Source: an uncultured Lachnospiraceae bacterium (GTDB lineage Bacteria; Bacillota; Clostridia; Lachnospirales; Lachnospiraceae). Taken from it: DNA of 64,000 nt. The notes below the pieces were generated by a model. That model was not told where the DNA came from. It searched no databases and was given only the letters and a program-made list of their open reading frames with translations. Below are positions 9,908-18,983 of the stretch, piece after piece. The stretch spans positions 8,682 through 72,681 of the forward strand of contig CAMXPV010000018.1 in assembly GCA_947245585.1 (NCBI GenBank). The letters run 5' to 3'. Numbering within the stretch: position 1 is the first letter of the stretch; every line of letters starts with the position of its first letter. A program made the position numbers and the translations under genes.

Positions 9908-10939
9908 AATTTCCTCCTGTGCAATTCCAAGAAACACCTTCGTCCCTTCACCCCGCTTCGACTCCACCCGGATGGTCAGCCCCAGTCTGTCCATGATCTG
10001 CCTGCATAAATACAGGCCGATGCCTGTGGACTTATTTCCCAACCGCCCGTTGTAACCGGTAAATCCCCGCTCAAAGATTCTGGGCAGATCACTCTCCTCG
10101 ATCCCGATCCCCGTATCTTCGATGACAAGATACCTGCATCCTTGTTTGACGCGTCTGCCGCTTTCATCCGTCCCGTATATGGAAACAGAACCCTTTTTTG
10201 TATATTTGATCGCATTGGACAAAATCTGTTCGACCACAAAGGAAAACCATTTGCCATCCGTAACAATCTGCGCGTGACATTCTTCCAAATAAAGGCCCAG
10301 TCCCGCACCATTAAAAAGAATCCAATATTTTTTTAAAGCACCTTTGACCAATTCCTCTACATCTAATCTGGCAAAAGCCAAATCTGCGGAAATGCTCTCC
10401 ATTCTGGCATAGTGAAGGGCCATATCCACATACTGCTCCGTCTTGAACACTTCTTCCCGAAGCTGTTTTACGATGTGCAGGTTTTGACTGGTTTCCTCAT
10501 TCTGTAACAGCAGATCCATGGCCGCAAGGGGCACCTTAATCTGATGGGTCCACATCGTATAATAATCCGACATGTTCTGTTGTCTCTCGTCAAGTTGTGT
10601 CACCAACGCCTTTTTCTCCGACTCCTGCGCTGCAATAATCTGCTGATAAGCCCTTTCCAGGGCAAGAGACGTCTGCGGCAGGCCGCCCGCCCTCTCCTGC
10701 GCCGCAAGGAGCCTTGACAGCGTGTTGACCTTTTCCCGGTATCTCATATAGTCCCACAAAAAATAGCAGCCTCCGAAAAAGGCTGTTAGTCCCAACGCGT
10801 AAGTCATATTGGCAAGCACGCCCTCGTAACCGTAGAGCGCCGCTACCATCATAAAAATGAGGGCCTCCGCAATATAGAAAAAAACAGGGACCATCCGCTC
10901 GCGCAGATATGCCGCCGGGATCTGAATTTTCTTTTCCAT
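9893..10939 (-). CDS. BceS/GraS-like intramembrane-sensing histidine kinase
   Basis: Two N-terminal TMs with no sensor loop; H-box WTHQIKVP; N-box QILSNAIKY; G-boxes DTGIGI and GIGLYL. Confidence 0.93.
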   Translation of the reverse strand: MEKKIQIPAAYLRERMVPVFFYIAEALIFMMVAALYGYEGVLANMTYALGLTAFFGGCYFLWDYMRYREKVNTLSRLLAAQERAGGLPQTSLALERAYQQIIAAQESEKKALVTQLDERQQNMSDYYTMWTHQIKVPLAAMDLLLQNEETSQNLHIVKQLREEVFKTEQYVDMALHYARMESISADLAFARLDVEELVKGALKKYWILFNGAGLGLYLEECHAQIVTDGKWFSFVVEQILSNAIKYTKKGSVSIYGTDESGRRVKQGCRYLVIEDTGIGIEESDLPRIFERGFTGYNGRLGNKSTGIGLYLCRQIMDRLGLTIRVESKRGEGTKVFLGIAQEEILTKM

Positions 10940-10942
10940 CCT

Positions 10943-11341
10943 CTAATACCGTTCCAAAAATTCTGCCATTGTAACAATCTCGGGCATATCCACATCCAAA
11001 ACCAGAAAATCTTTGTCGCCTGTCACAAATGTCTCATTGCTCTCCATAATTGCCGTTGCCAATATGGGAGAATCCTTTGCATCCCGCATTTGCGGAAACT
11101 CGCTCAAATCCAGTACTTTCGGCGTATAAACCAACTCAAACGGAAGTTCCAGAAAAAACTGATCCAGAAACTTCCGCTTTGCCGGAAATTTCCTGTCAGT
11201 CACAAGCCGTAATTCTTCAATCACATAGTCGCACACCACAATCTGATGACTATCCGCCAATCGCTTAGCCAATTTCCTTGTCTGCGTAGATGGAAAGAAA
11301 ATCATTGAAATAAAGATATTGGTATCAAGCATTACCCGCAA
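10943..11341 (-). CDS. PIN-domain toxin (VapC-like)
   Basis: N-terminal VMLDTNIFIS and C-terminal D..DSPIL...FVTGDKDFL acidic motifs. Confidence 0.9.
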   Translation of the reverse strand: MRVMLDTNIFISMIFFPSTQTRKLAKRLADSHQIVVCDYVIEELRLVTDRKFPAKRKFLDQFFLELPFELVYTPKVLDLSEFPQMRDAKDSPILATAIMESNETFVTGDKDFLVLDVDMPEIVTMAEFLERY

Positions 11342-11342
11342 A

Positions 11343-11600
11343 TTAATACCCCCTTACTTCCCTTCGGATTTCCTTCATATAATCCTGCATTTCTTCCTCT
11401 GTTGCAAACCCTGCCCTTTGCGCTTCACCAGTGAATGCTTCCTCAGCCCGCTTAAATGCCAACATTGCAGAATTTTCAAAATAAAATCTGCCGTCTTCCT
11501 CTAAAATCACAACCTTATCACCGGCTTTCAATTTCAGCGCATTTCTTACCGATACAGGAATGGTAATCTGTCCTTTGCTAGAAAGTTTTGCTACTTCCAT
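11343..11600 (-). CDS. AbrB/MazE/SpoVT-family antitoxin
   Basis: AKLSSKGQITIPVSVRNALKLKAGDKV is a swapped-hairpin signature; the gene is adjacent to the PIN gene. Confidence 0.92.
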   Translation of the reverse strand: MEVAKLSSKGQITIPVSVRNALKLKAGDKVVILEEDGRFYFENSAMLAFKRAEEAFTGEAQRAGFATEEEMQDYMKEIRREVRGY

Positions 11601-11656
11601 TCTTCATCATCCTCTCAAATACACCACTTGGTCTTCTTTACTTTCTTTACCTTTTT

Positions 11657-11685
11657 ATTATACGCAACAGAACATATAATAGCAA
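11657..11685 (-). promoter_or_regulatory. sigma-A-type promoter of the AbrB-PIN pair
   Basis: TTGCTA-17 bp-TATAAT on the minus strand. Confidence 0.6.
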
Positions 11686-11725
11686 TCTTTAATAGCAATA
11701 ATTTTTTGTAGAGAAAAAGCCGGAA

Positions 11726-12421
11726 TCAGCCTGTCTCCCCCAACAGATACCCCACGCCTTTCTTCGTTTGAATCAAATCGGAAAGGCCGATTTCCCCAAG
11801 CCGCTTACGCAAACGGTTCATATTCACCGTGAGGGTATTGTCATCCACAAAGCACTCGTCATCCCAGAGCCGCTTCATCAACAGATCGCGGCTGACCACG
11901 CCGCCTGCCGCTTCAAAGAGGGTCTGTAAAATACGGAACTCGTTTTTGGTCAGTTCAATCCGCCAAGATTCTTCTGTCTTATTCCGGCAGGAAAGCGACA
12001 TATCCGTCATATTTAACAGGACACCCTTGTATTCCAGTATCGTCCCCGGTGTCGTAAATGCGTAAGCCCTTCTTAACAACGCCTGTATCTTTGCCTGCAA
12101 AATCTCTAAATCAAAGGGCTTTACCACAAAATCGTCGCCGCCCATATTGACCGCCATCACCACATTCATGTTGTCTGAGGCCGAAGAGATAAAAATAATC
12201 GGCACCTGGGATATCTTGCGGATCTCGCCGCACCAGTAGTACCCGTTGTAAAAAGGCAGGCCAATATCCATCAACACAAGTTGGGGCTCATAAGCCGCAA
12301 ACTGTCCCGTCACATCCGCAAAATCTTTGACAGTCTCCACCTCATAGCCCCATTTCCCCAGATATTTTGCAATTTGCTCCGCAATGACTGCATCGTCTTC
12401 CACGATAAGTATTTTATACAT
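11726..12421 (-). CDS. OmpR-family response regulator (BceR/GraR-like)
   Basis: Receiver LIVEDD...LMDIGLP; winged helix ending TKKGVGY. Confidence 0.95.
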   Translation of the reverse strand: MYKILIVEDDAVIAEQIAKYLGKWGYEVETVKDFADVTGQFAAYEPQLVLMDIGLPFYNGYYWCGEIRKISQVPIIFISSASDNMNVVMAVNMGGDDFVVKPFDLEILQAKIQALLRRAYAFTTPGTILEYKGVLLNMTDMSLSCRNKTEESWRIELTKNEFRILQTLFEAAGGVVSRDLLMKRLWDDECFVDDNTLTVNMNRLRKRLGEIGLSDLIQTKKGVGYLLGETG

Positions 12422-12442
12422 AACAAAGACTCCCCGTCATTT

Positions 12443-12886
12443 CTATTGATTAAACGCCGTGATATTGGCCTCGTTCAACGTAAAGTCATAGTAATTCAAA
12501 TCCTCCCGCTTCGTCCAACCGATCTGCTTCCAGAAGGCATTGCCGATATCGTTCTTTGTAAAGGCGATCAGCGATACCTTATTGATCTGCTCTGCCTTCA
12601 GCGCCTCCATGCAGAATACCACCATGGCTTTTCCGATGCCTCTCATACGGTACTCCTCCGCCACACACACATGGTAAAGACATCCCCGCCTGCCGTCGTG
12701 TCCGCAGAGAATCGCCCCAACGATCCTGCCATCCTCCACAGCCACCACGCTGGTGTCCGGGTTTCTCATCAGAAAGCGGGCTACCCCCTCTCTGGAATCG
12801 TCCAGACTTCTAATGGCAAATCCTTTTATTGACATCCAAAGCGCTTTCACGCCATCATAATCTTCTATCGCCATTTTGCGTACCAT
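12443..12886 (-). CDS. GNAT N-acetyltransferase (YpeA-like)
   Basis: GHDGRRGCLYHVCVAEEYRMRGIG acetyl-CoA motif. Confidence 0.9.
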   Translation of the reverse strand: MVRKMAIEDYDGVKALWMSIKGFAIRSLDDSREGVARFLMRNPDTSVVAVEDGRIVGAILCGHDGRRGCLYHVCVAEEYRMRGIGKAMVVFCMEALKAEQINKVSLIAFTKNDIGNAFWKQIGWTKREDLNYYDFTLNEANITAFNQ

Positions 12887-12978
12887 CTGTATTCTCCGTT
12901 TCTCATTTTAATCAAATTATGTAAACTATTCTATTTGTTGTGTCTGTGTTATGTAAACTCATTTAGTAATTATGTAAA

Positions 12979-13563
12979 CTACTCTCCCGCTAGCTCCACC
13001 GCCGTATACTCATGCCCCACATAGGGCAGGAACTTCTCCAAAACATCTTTCATCCTAAGCTTAAGACTCGATGTGTTCACGCAGGGATGGCACCCCACAA
13101 ATTCCTCCTGCAAAAGCTCTCTGTCAATCAAAAGCCGCACTCTGTGGTCCCTATCATTCATCAGCCCCATCACGCTCACAGAACCCGGCGTAATGTCCAG
13201 AAATTCCTCCATGTACTCCTCCTCCGCAAAGGAGAGTCTCGCTACGCCAAGCTGAGAGGAAAGCTCCTTTGTCTTAAACTTTTTTAAGCCCGGCATCATA
13301 AGAAGATAGAAATCCGTCTTTTGCCTGTTGCACAAAAAGAGATTTTTACAAATATGAATGCCAAGCGCCTCATCCACTCCATGGCAGTCGTCCACGGTAG
13401 CTGCCGCCTCATGATCTACACGGAGATACGGTATCTCTAATTTATCTAGCAGCTCATATACATCCATTTCTTTTAAAAGTCTACCCTGTGGTGAGGGTTT
13501 TGTGTCAACCGGCGTTAGCGCCATGTCCCGTTCTTCCATCTCCGTAATCCCTTTCTCCCGCAA
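12979..13563 (-). CDS. Prolyl-tRNA editing protein (ProX/PrdX, YbaK family)
   Basis: CKNLFLCNRQK..FYLL, LSFA and PGSVSVMGL motifs; the true start is probably 13539. Confidence 0.9.
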   Translation of the reverse strand: MREKGITEMEERDMALTPVDTKPSPQGRLLKEMDVYELLDKLEIPYLRVDHEAAATVDDCHGVDEALGIHICKNLFLCNRQKTDFYLLMMPGLKKFKTKELSSQLGVARLSFAEEEYMEEFLDITPGSVSVMGLMNDRDHRVRLLIDRELLQEEFVGCHPCVNTSSLKLRMKDVLEKFLPYVGHEYTAVELAGE

Positions 13564-13622
13564 TCAATCGTTTGTGTTATGTCAATCTATTGTTTTAGCC
13601 GTCTTCCGCATTATGTAAACTA

Positions 13623-14111
13623 TCAATACCCGAACGTCCCTTCCAAAGACTCGTCCTCGTCAATCCAACTCTGCACCGGAATCACTCGGTATTCATCCTC
13701 GGTGTCGCGGACATACACTGTCTCAATCCCCGCGTTGATGATCTGCCTCTTACACATAGAACAGCTGCAGGAATTTTTCACGTACTCCCCGGTATCCGCC
13801 TCCACTCCGGTCAGATACATGGCGCTGCCGATCATCTTATCCCGCGACGCGCTGATGATGGCGTTGGTTTCCGCATGAACGCTGCGGCACAGCTCATACC
13901 GCTCTCCCCTTGGAATAGCCATTTTCTGCCTAATACACTCTCCCACGTCGGTACAGTTTTTCCGCCCTCTTGGTGCGCCCACATAACCTGTGGAAATGAC
14001 CTCATCGTTTTTTACAATCACCGCACCATAATGTCTGCGCAGACAGGTGGAACGCTGGGACACCATCTTCGCCAAATCCAGATAATAGTTTACCTTGTCT
14101 CTTCTCTCCAT
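13623..14111 (-). CDS. Cytidine/deoxycytidylate deaminase family protein
   Basis: Zinc motifs HAETNAI and CSCSMCKR. Confidence 0.9.
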   Translation of the reverse strand: MERRDKVNYYLDLAKMVSQRSTCLRRHYGAVIVKNDEVISTGYVGAPRGRKNCTDVGECIRQKMAIPRGERYELCRSVHAETNAIISASRDKMIGSAMYLTGVEADTGEYVKNSCSCSMCKRQIINAGIETVYVRDTEDEYRVIPVQSWIDEDESLEGTFGY

Positions 14112-14128
14112 TTCAACCTCCTGTTTAG

Positions 14129-14533
14129 TTATGTAAACTCCTTTCTCATAATAATCTCCAACGACATCCCCGGCAGCAGCAAAGAACCACAGTCCACATA
14201 TCCATTCTTTCGATAAAAAAACTGTGCCTGCTCATTTGACAAAGTGGATGTCAACACCATTTCATAACCGCTGTCCGCCATTTCCTTTTCCCCAAAAGCG
14301 ACTAGCTGTGTGCCATTGCCCCGTCCCCTGTATGACTCCAGGAAAAACAACATATTCATAAACGGTATCTCATCCCAAAACAAATTATACCGCAGCCATC
14401 CGATAAAGCAGTCATTTTGGTACATGACCAAAACTCTTTTTGAATGGACTGCCTGTTCCAGTTCCTGTTTACTGATATATTTATCGCACAGTTGTACGAT
14501 TTCCATATCCCTTTCGTCGGCATAGCGGATCAT
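14129..14533 (-). CDS. GNAT N-acetyltransferase
   Basis: YRGRGNG and AQFFYRKNGY motifs; SD AAGGAGG before ATG 14533. Confidence 0.88.
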   Translation of the reverse strand: MIRYADERDMEIVQLCDKYISKQELEQAVHSKRVLVMYQNDCFIGWLRYNLFWDEIPFMNMLFFLESYRGRGNGTQLVAFGEKEMADSGYEMVLTSTLSNEQAQFFYRKNGYVDCGSLLLPGMSLEIIMRKEFT

Positions 14534-14546
14534 AGCAGCACCTCCT

Positions 14547-15197
14547 TTACCCAAAAACCGCCCATATAAAACTAACCGTGGAAAGCAGGTTGCAAATACA
14601 GTGAAACAAAATGCTTATGGTAAAATTTTTCTTTCTGTATGCCACATACATTACCGGTGTAAATACCAAAATACGAAACACATTGTTAAACGGCAGCCAG
14701 AAATGATAAAGCGAAAACAAAACCGCGATCAGTATCGGCGTAAGCCACCCCTGCTTTTCATAATGCGATGTCAGATAACCCCGAAAAAACAGCTCCTCCG
14801 TAACTGGCCCGACGATTACATTAAAAACACCGTAATAGATACAGGTCACAACGAGCGTCATCTTGGAAAATGATTTTATGTATTCATAATTTGTCCAGTC
14901 AAATCCGGTTGGCAAATTTTGAAGTACACTGCTCCTTATCCCCGCAAATATTTGATTTTCAACAGGTGCGACAAAAGCGCTTTTCAGAGAATATGCGCCA
15001 TACTCCTTTTTACTCGCCGATAAAATGAATCCCAACTCTATCGGCACTAAAATGAAAGTCGCCAGAATACAAAACAGCAGAAGATGCGGTATCTTGCAAA
15101 AATGCCCCAAGATCAGATAGCTGCCACTCAATACTGCTGTGGGTATAAAAATCCGAAGCAAAAGTCCTTTTGTATCAATTTGAATCATTGAAGCCAA
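14547..15197 (-). CDS. CPBP (CAAX/Abi) family intramembrane metalloprotease
   Basis: EELFFRG, F.LYH and H..CN motifs in a hydrophobic protein. Confidence 0.9.
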   Translation of the reverse strand: MASMIQIDTKGLLLRIFIPTAVLSGSYLILGHFCKIPHLLLFCILATFILVPIELGFILSASKKEYGAYSLKSAFVAPVENQIFAGIRSSVLQNLPTGFDWTNYEYIKSFSKMTLVVTCIYYGVFNVIVGPVTEELFFRGYLTSHYEKQGWLTPILIAVLFSLYHFWLPFNNVFRILVFTPVMYVAYRKKNFTISILFHCICNLLSTVSFIWAVFG

Positions 15198-15244
15198 ATC
15201 CTTCCCTTCTCTGTTCCTGTCACACAGATTCCTCTCCGCCCGTA

Positions 15245-15838
15245 TCAGCCCCTCCAGACCACTACATCTTCAAGCTCTTTTCGTGGTCTCGCTTTCGGAA
15301 ATTCATCCGGATAACCAAAAGCAATCGCTGCTATTAGCTGCCCTTCGCTATTTAACCATTCACTGATTTCTGCATATGCAAAATAGATATCACAAATCCA
15401 GAGACTTCCTATTCCCTTTTCCGCAGCGGTAAGAAGCATGTTTTGTATTGCCGCGCTTATGGACTGGATATTACAGATCTCGTAAATATGTTCTTCCGGC
15501 GTCATTTCTGATAAAATATCTTTTCCCAATGTATTCACAACAAATACAGCAGCCGACGCCTCCTCCATGATATCAACCGTATATTTTGCCGCCGGAATAT
15601 GCTGCCTGCTTTGCGGAAGCAATGCGTTTCCCTTTTCTTCCCTCGCAATCCCCCTGCGGAAAACTTTCAGCATTTCTTCCTTCTCTGCTCCCTGCACCAC
15701 AATGAATTTCCACGGCTGTCTGTTTTTGGAAGAAGGCGCTTTTATCCCGCTTTCCAGAATCTCTGTCAAATCTTCCCTTGATATGGGTTTATTCAAAAAC
15801 TTTCTTATACTCCGTCTGTCATAAATTGCAGAAATCAT
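15245..15838 (-). CDS. Nitroreductase family protein
   Basis: RRSIRKF and APSSKNRQPW motifs; AIQNMLLTA..GIGSLW. Confidence 0.93.
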   Translation of the reverse strand: MISAIYDRRSIRKFLNKPISREDLTEILESGIKAPSSKNRQPWKFIVVQGAEKEEMLKVFRRGIAREEKGNALLPQSRQHIPAAKYTVDIMEEASAAVFVVNTLGKDILSEMTPEEHIYEICNIQSISAAIQNMLLTAAEKGIGSLWICDIYFAYAEISEWLNSEGQLIAAIAFGYPDEFPKARPRKELEDVVVWRG

Positions 15839-15882
15839 TTTGTTTCCTCACTCCACTCCTGATTAACAAATTCATCTTCCCG

Positions 15883-16338
15883 TCACGCTCTATGTACATA
15901 CATCCGTGACAATTTCTCTTCCCCGTCCCCCTGCGCCATACAGAAGAACTCCCAGTTATAACGCTCATAAAACGAATCATGGTCTGTCAACAGATACAAC
16001 GTATCGATTCCCCTCTTTTTCATGTCCGCACAGACATACTCAAGCAGCGCGCCCGCAATACCATTTTCGCGTTTATCCTCCTCCGTATAGACGGCGCAGA
16101 CATTTGGCGCAAGGTCTTTCCTATCATGAAAATCATTCTCAATCACGCCAAGGCCGCCGATAATCCTGTCGCCTTCCACCGCTGCATACCACTGTGGAAC
16201 CGGCTCTTTTCCCGTCAGGCTTTCCTCCATGCTTTCCAGATAAGCAGTCAGCGGAACGCCCCATTTTTCGTGAAACCACTGTGCCGCCTCTTCTTTGATT
16301 TCCGGCCTGTCCGCCACCCGTATGATTTTGTAATCCAT
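15883..16338 (-). CDS. GNAT N-acetyltransferase
   Basis: AVYTEEDKRENGIAGALL and LYLLTDHDSFYERY motifs. Confidence 0.88.
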   Translation of the reverse strand: MDYKIIRVADRPEIKEEAAQWFHEKWGVPLTAYLESMEESLTGKEPVPQWYAAVEGDRIIGGLGVIENDFHDRKDLAPNVCAVYTEEDKRENGIAGALLEYVCADMKKRGIDTLYLLTDHDSFYERYNWEFFCMAQGDGEEKLSRMYVHRA

Positions 16339-16359
16339 ATGCGTCTCCTGACAACTTTT

Positions 16360-17592
16360 CTAAATATATGCAATAGGAAGAGCCACCAGATTCTCCCGTA
16401 AATATGTCTTTTTATCAATCAGGCAGAGAATCACTCCCATTCCTCTTTGCTTCTCCTTCACTTTATCCAATACAGGATTTGCCGCTCCCATATTTGCTTT
16501 CGGATTTCCAGTCATTTTAATTTCTACAGGATATAACACTCCGTTTTCTTCGATCACAAGATCAATCTCATTTTCCCCGTCCGCCTTTTTATCTTTTCCT
16601 CTGTAATAATAAGTACTAAACTTGTAGTCTTTTCCTTCATTGGTATAAGATTTTAATATTTCCGAAACTACAAAAGTCTCAAACATACTGCCCGCAACAG
16701 CAGAGTTTTTCAACGCATCAGCAGTCAGCCACCTTGTCAGATAACAGGCAAGCCCCGTATCTCTAAAATACAGCTTCGGCGCTTTTATCGCTCTGTTTAA
16801 GGCAGAGGCGCTATAGGGCTGCAGCAAAAATACAATTCCCGTCCGCTCCAAAATAGAAATCCAAGTTTTGACTGTGGGTTCGCTTACCCCTATTTCACCT
16901 GCAATATTGGCATAGTTTAGCATCTCTCCGGTTCTTGCGGCAACAGCGGTAAGAAATTTCGTAAAAGTAATGCTGTCCGCCAAAATCAATTCGTTTATAT
17001 CTCTCTCAAGATACGTTGAAACGTAAGAAGCATAATATTCCTGCCAGTCTCTTTCCACATCATACAATTCCGGATATGCCCCTCTGTGTATGGTATCCCA
17101 TAAATCCGTATAAGGCTTCAGCTCTTTTTCACGTTCTCTCAGATATTCCTCTGTAGGCACAAAGTGCCTGTTAAACTTTATTCCATGAATTTCACGAAGG
17201 GACAGTCCCGCCAACTCCGTGACCGAAACTCTCCCCGCAAGAGATTCGCTCATCCCCTTCATCAGTTCCAGATTTTGTGAACCGGACAGAATGAACAGGC
17301 CTCTCTCATCCGTCTCATCAACAATGCGCTTCACATCTTCAAGAATACCGCTTTCTTTCTGGACTTCATCAATAAACAGGGGACAGGGGTTATTCAAAAA
17401 AAAGAGCCCGGGTTCTTCTTTGGCCTGCAGCCGCGTTAATCTGTCATCAAAATTTGCCCGGTTATAGCCGGAAAATTCATGCTTAACAAGCGTTGATTTA
17501 CCAACCTGTCTGGCTCCTGTGATAAGTATACATTTACTGGTTTCAGCCCGCTGTTTTACGATCTTAGCAACCGCCCGCTCTATATATGCCAC
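16360..17592 (-). CDS. AAA+ ATPase with DUF4143 C-terminal domain
   Basis: GARQVGKST, FIDEVQK, KLYFRDTGL and EIDLVIE...PVEIK motifs. Confidence 0.92.
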   Translation of the reverse strand: MAYIERAVAKIVKQRAETSKCILITGARQVGKSTLVKHEFSGYNRANFDDRLTRLQAKEEPGLFFLNNPCPLFIDEVQKESGILEDVKRIVDETDERGLFILSGSQNLELMKGMSESLAGRVSVTELAGLSLREIHGIKFNRHFVPTEEYLREREKELKPYTDLWDTIHRGAYPELYDVERDWQEYYASYVSTYLERDINELILADSITFTKFLTAVAARTGEMLNYANIAGEIGVSEPTVKTWISILERTGIVFLLQPYSASALNRAIKAPKLYFRDTGLACYLTRWLTADALKNSAVAGSMFETFVVSEILKSYTNEGKDYKFSTYYYRGKDKKADGENEIDLVIEENGVLYPVEIKMTGNPKANMGAANPVLDKVKEKQRGMGVILCLIDKKTYLRENLVALPIAYI

Positions 17593-17604
17593 GCTCCGCC
17601 TCCT

Positions 17605-17657
17605 TCGACTAATCTAAAATCTAATTTTATTTTAGTCGATCCATTCCATCCTGTCAA
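17605..17657 (-). promoter_or_regulatory. sigma-A promoter (TTGACA-17-TAAAAT) overlapped by a 35-bp imperfect palindrome
   Basis: -35 at 17652-17657 and -10 at 17629-17634; palindrome TCGACTAA...TTAGTCGA at 17605-17639. Confidence 0.72.
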
Positions 17658-17684
17658 ATGTATTTCCCCAATCTATCCAGTTTT

Positions 17685-18101
17685 CTACTGCCTTTCAAAA
17701 TATATCGCCTGCGAGCCGTCGTCTTCTATAAACTTTCCATTCTCAGTTCTGATCAAATAGGTTCCGACAGGAGATTTTAAATAGGGAATAATATCCGGGT
17801 CATAGTTACAGATTGTGTTTATGGCAAACACATGAAAATTGTCCGTATTATTGGAATACGCCTCGTCCTCATCCCCCTTGAAAAAATGCCAACCGCTGTC
17901 CGGCTGATTCTCTAGCGGTTCGTCCCGAAACATATATCCGACCTTCCACCCTTCTTTCGTTATCATATCTGAGGCAATACAACCTTCGCCGTTCGGTTCC
18001 TTCCATTCAATCAGCGGTTTTACCTCAATCTCTAAAAATCCGTCTTTGTTTTCCCCACTATTTTCCATATTTTTCTTTTTTAATCTATTCAAAAAACCCA
18101 T
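17685..18101 (-). CDS. DUF2185 / Imm33-like protein
   Basis: VGYMFRDEP...DSGWHFF.GDE...Y motif. Confidence 0.8.
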   Translation of the reverse strand: MGFLNRLKKKNMENSGENKDGFLEIEVKPLIEWKEPNGEGCIASDMITKEGWKVGYMFRDEPLENQPDSGWHFFKGDEDEAYSNNTDNFHVFAINTICNYDPDIIPYLKSPVGTYLIRTENGKFIEDDGSQAIYFERQ

Positions 18102-18137
18102 GCCCTTATTGCCTCCATAAATTCTGTCTGTTTTCGC

Positions 18138-18923
18138 CTACCTCTTACTCAGCTGTGCAATCGCGCCATAGTGTAAAATCGTAAATTCTTCCGGCGCAGT
18201 CTGTGCAAGCAGTTTTTTATGCTCCTCTTCCCATCTGACTATCTCCTCTTCCGAAAGAGAAGCGCCGACTCCGCGGCATGCCTTCATTCTTCCGTTCCAA
18301 CTCTCCCTTGTAAACGGTACTTTTAAAAGAAATTCCTCGTGATACGCAAGATCAAATTTTTCTTTGTAACAGTCAGGTATCGATACCGGCCGAACGGTTT
18401 CCCCGGCGCCGCTCCAGGAAGGATTATACTTTAAGACCAGTTTTTCGCTCTCTCCCGCAATCTGATCTTCAAAGGGAAGCCACGACATATATAAAACCAG
18501 AAGGCTTCCTCCCGGTTTCAACATACGGTAAAGATTCGGCATCAGTTTTTTGTGATTAAAATAGAAAAAGCACTGACAGGCCGTAACCACGTCAAAGGAA
18601 GCATCCGGAAACCCGATCTCCTCCACCGCCGCCACATGATACGCGATATCCATATCCTGAGAAAGCGCCTTTGCCTGTGCAATCTGGTTTTCCGAAATGT
18701 CCGCCGCCGTCCACTTGGCCCCGTACCGATATAGATTTCGTGGCAGAACCCCGGTCCCCGTTCCGATATCCAGAATGGCCTGTCCGGCTGTGCACAAATT
18801 CCGCAAAAGAATTTTCTGATAAAATTCCTGCGGATAAATGTCACGAAACTTCGCATAATCTGTGGATGTCCTCCCCCAGTCAAACGGGGTTCCATTATCT
18901 ATGTTTTCGTTAATTATGTTCAT
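18138..18923 (-). CDS. Class I SAM-dependent methyltransferase
   Basis: ILDIGTGTG motif I; FDVVTACQCF. Confidence 0.92.
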   Translation of the reverse strand: MNIINENIDNGTPFDWGRTSTDYAKFRDIYPQEFYQKILLRNLCTAGQAILDIGTGTGVLPRNLYRYGAKWTAADISENQIAQAKALSQDMDIAYHVAAVEEIGFPDASFDVVTACQCFFYFNHKKLMPNLYRMLKPGGSLLVLYMSWLPFEDQIAGESEKLVLKYNPSWSGAGETVRPVSIPDCYKEKFDLAYHEEFLLKVPFTRESWNGRMKACRGVGASLSEEEIVRWEEEHKKLLAQTAPEEFTILHYGAIAQLSKR

Positions 18924-18983
18924 ACCCTTTCGTGCCTTTCTCTCATGCGCGTTGTCAACACACTCCTATTTTACCACATTTTT

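Larger units (their letters stand above)
12917..14139 (+). repeat. Cluster of five direct copies of TTATGTAAACT (12917, 12949, 12970, 13611, 14129) plus a degenerate TTATGTCAATC (13577)
   Basis: Read directly from the sequence; identical to the XerD arm of the Bacillus/Staphylococcus dif site. Confidence 0.92.

Noticed and set aside
12917-14139. CRISPR array or complete chromosomal dif site
   Set aside because: The repeat is only 11 bp with irregular spacing and there are no cas genes. No copy has the Bacillus-type XerC arm, and the coding-strand bias does not switch in the window.
12917-14139. Motif copies as -35 promoter boxes (TTTACA)
   Set aside because: No -10 hexamer lies 16-18 bp downstream of the copies I checked (6121, 14129, 29763), and some copies point away from any gene or sit inside CDSs.
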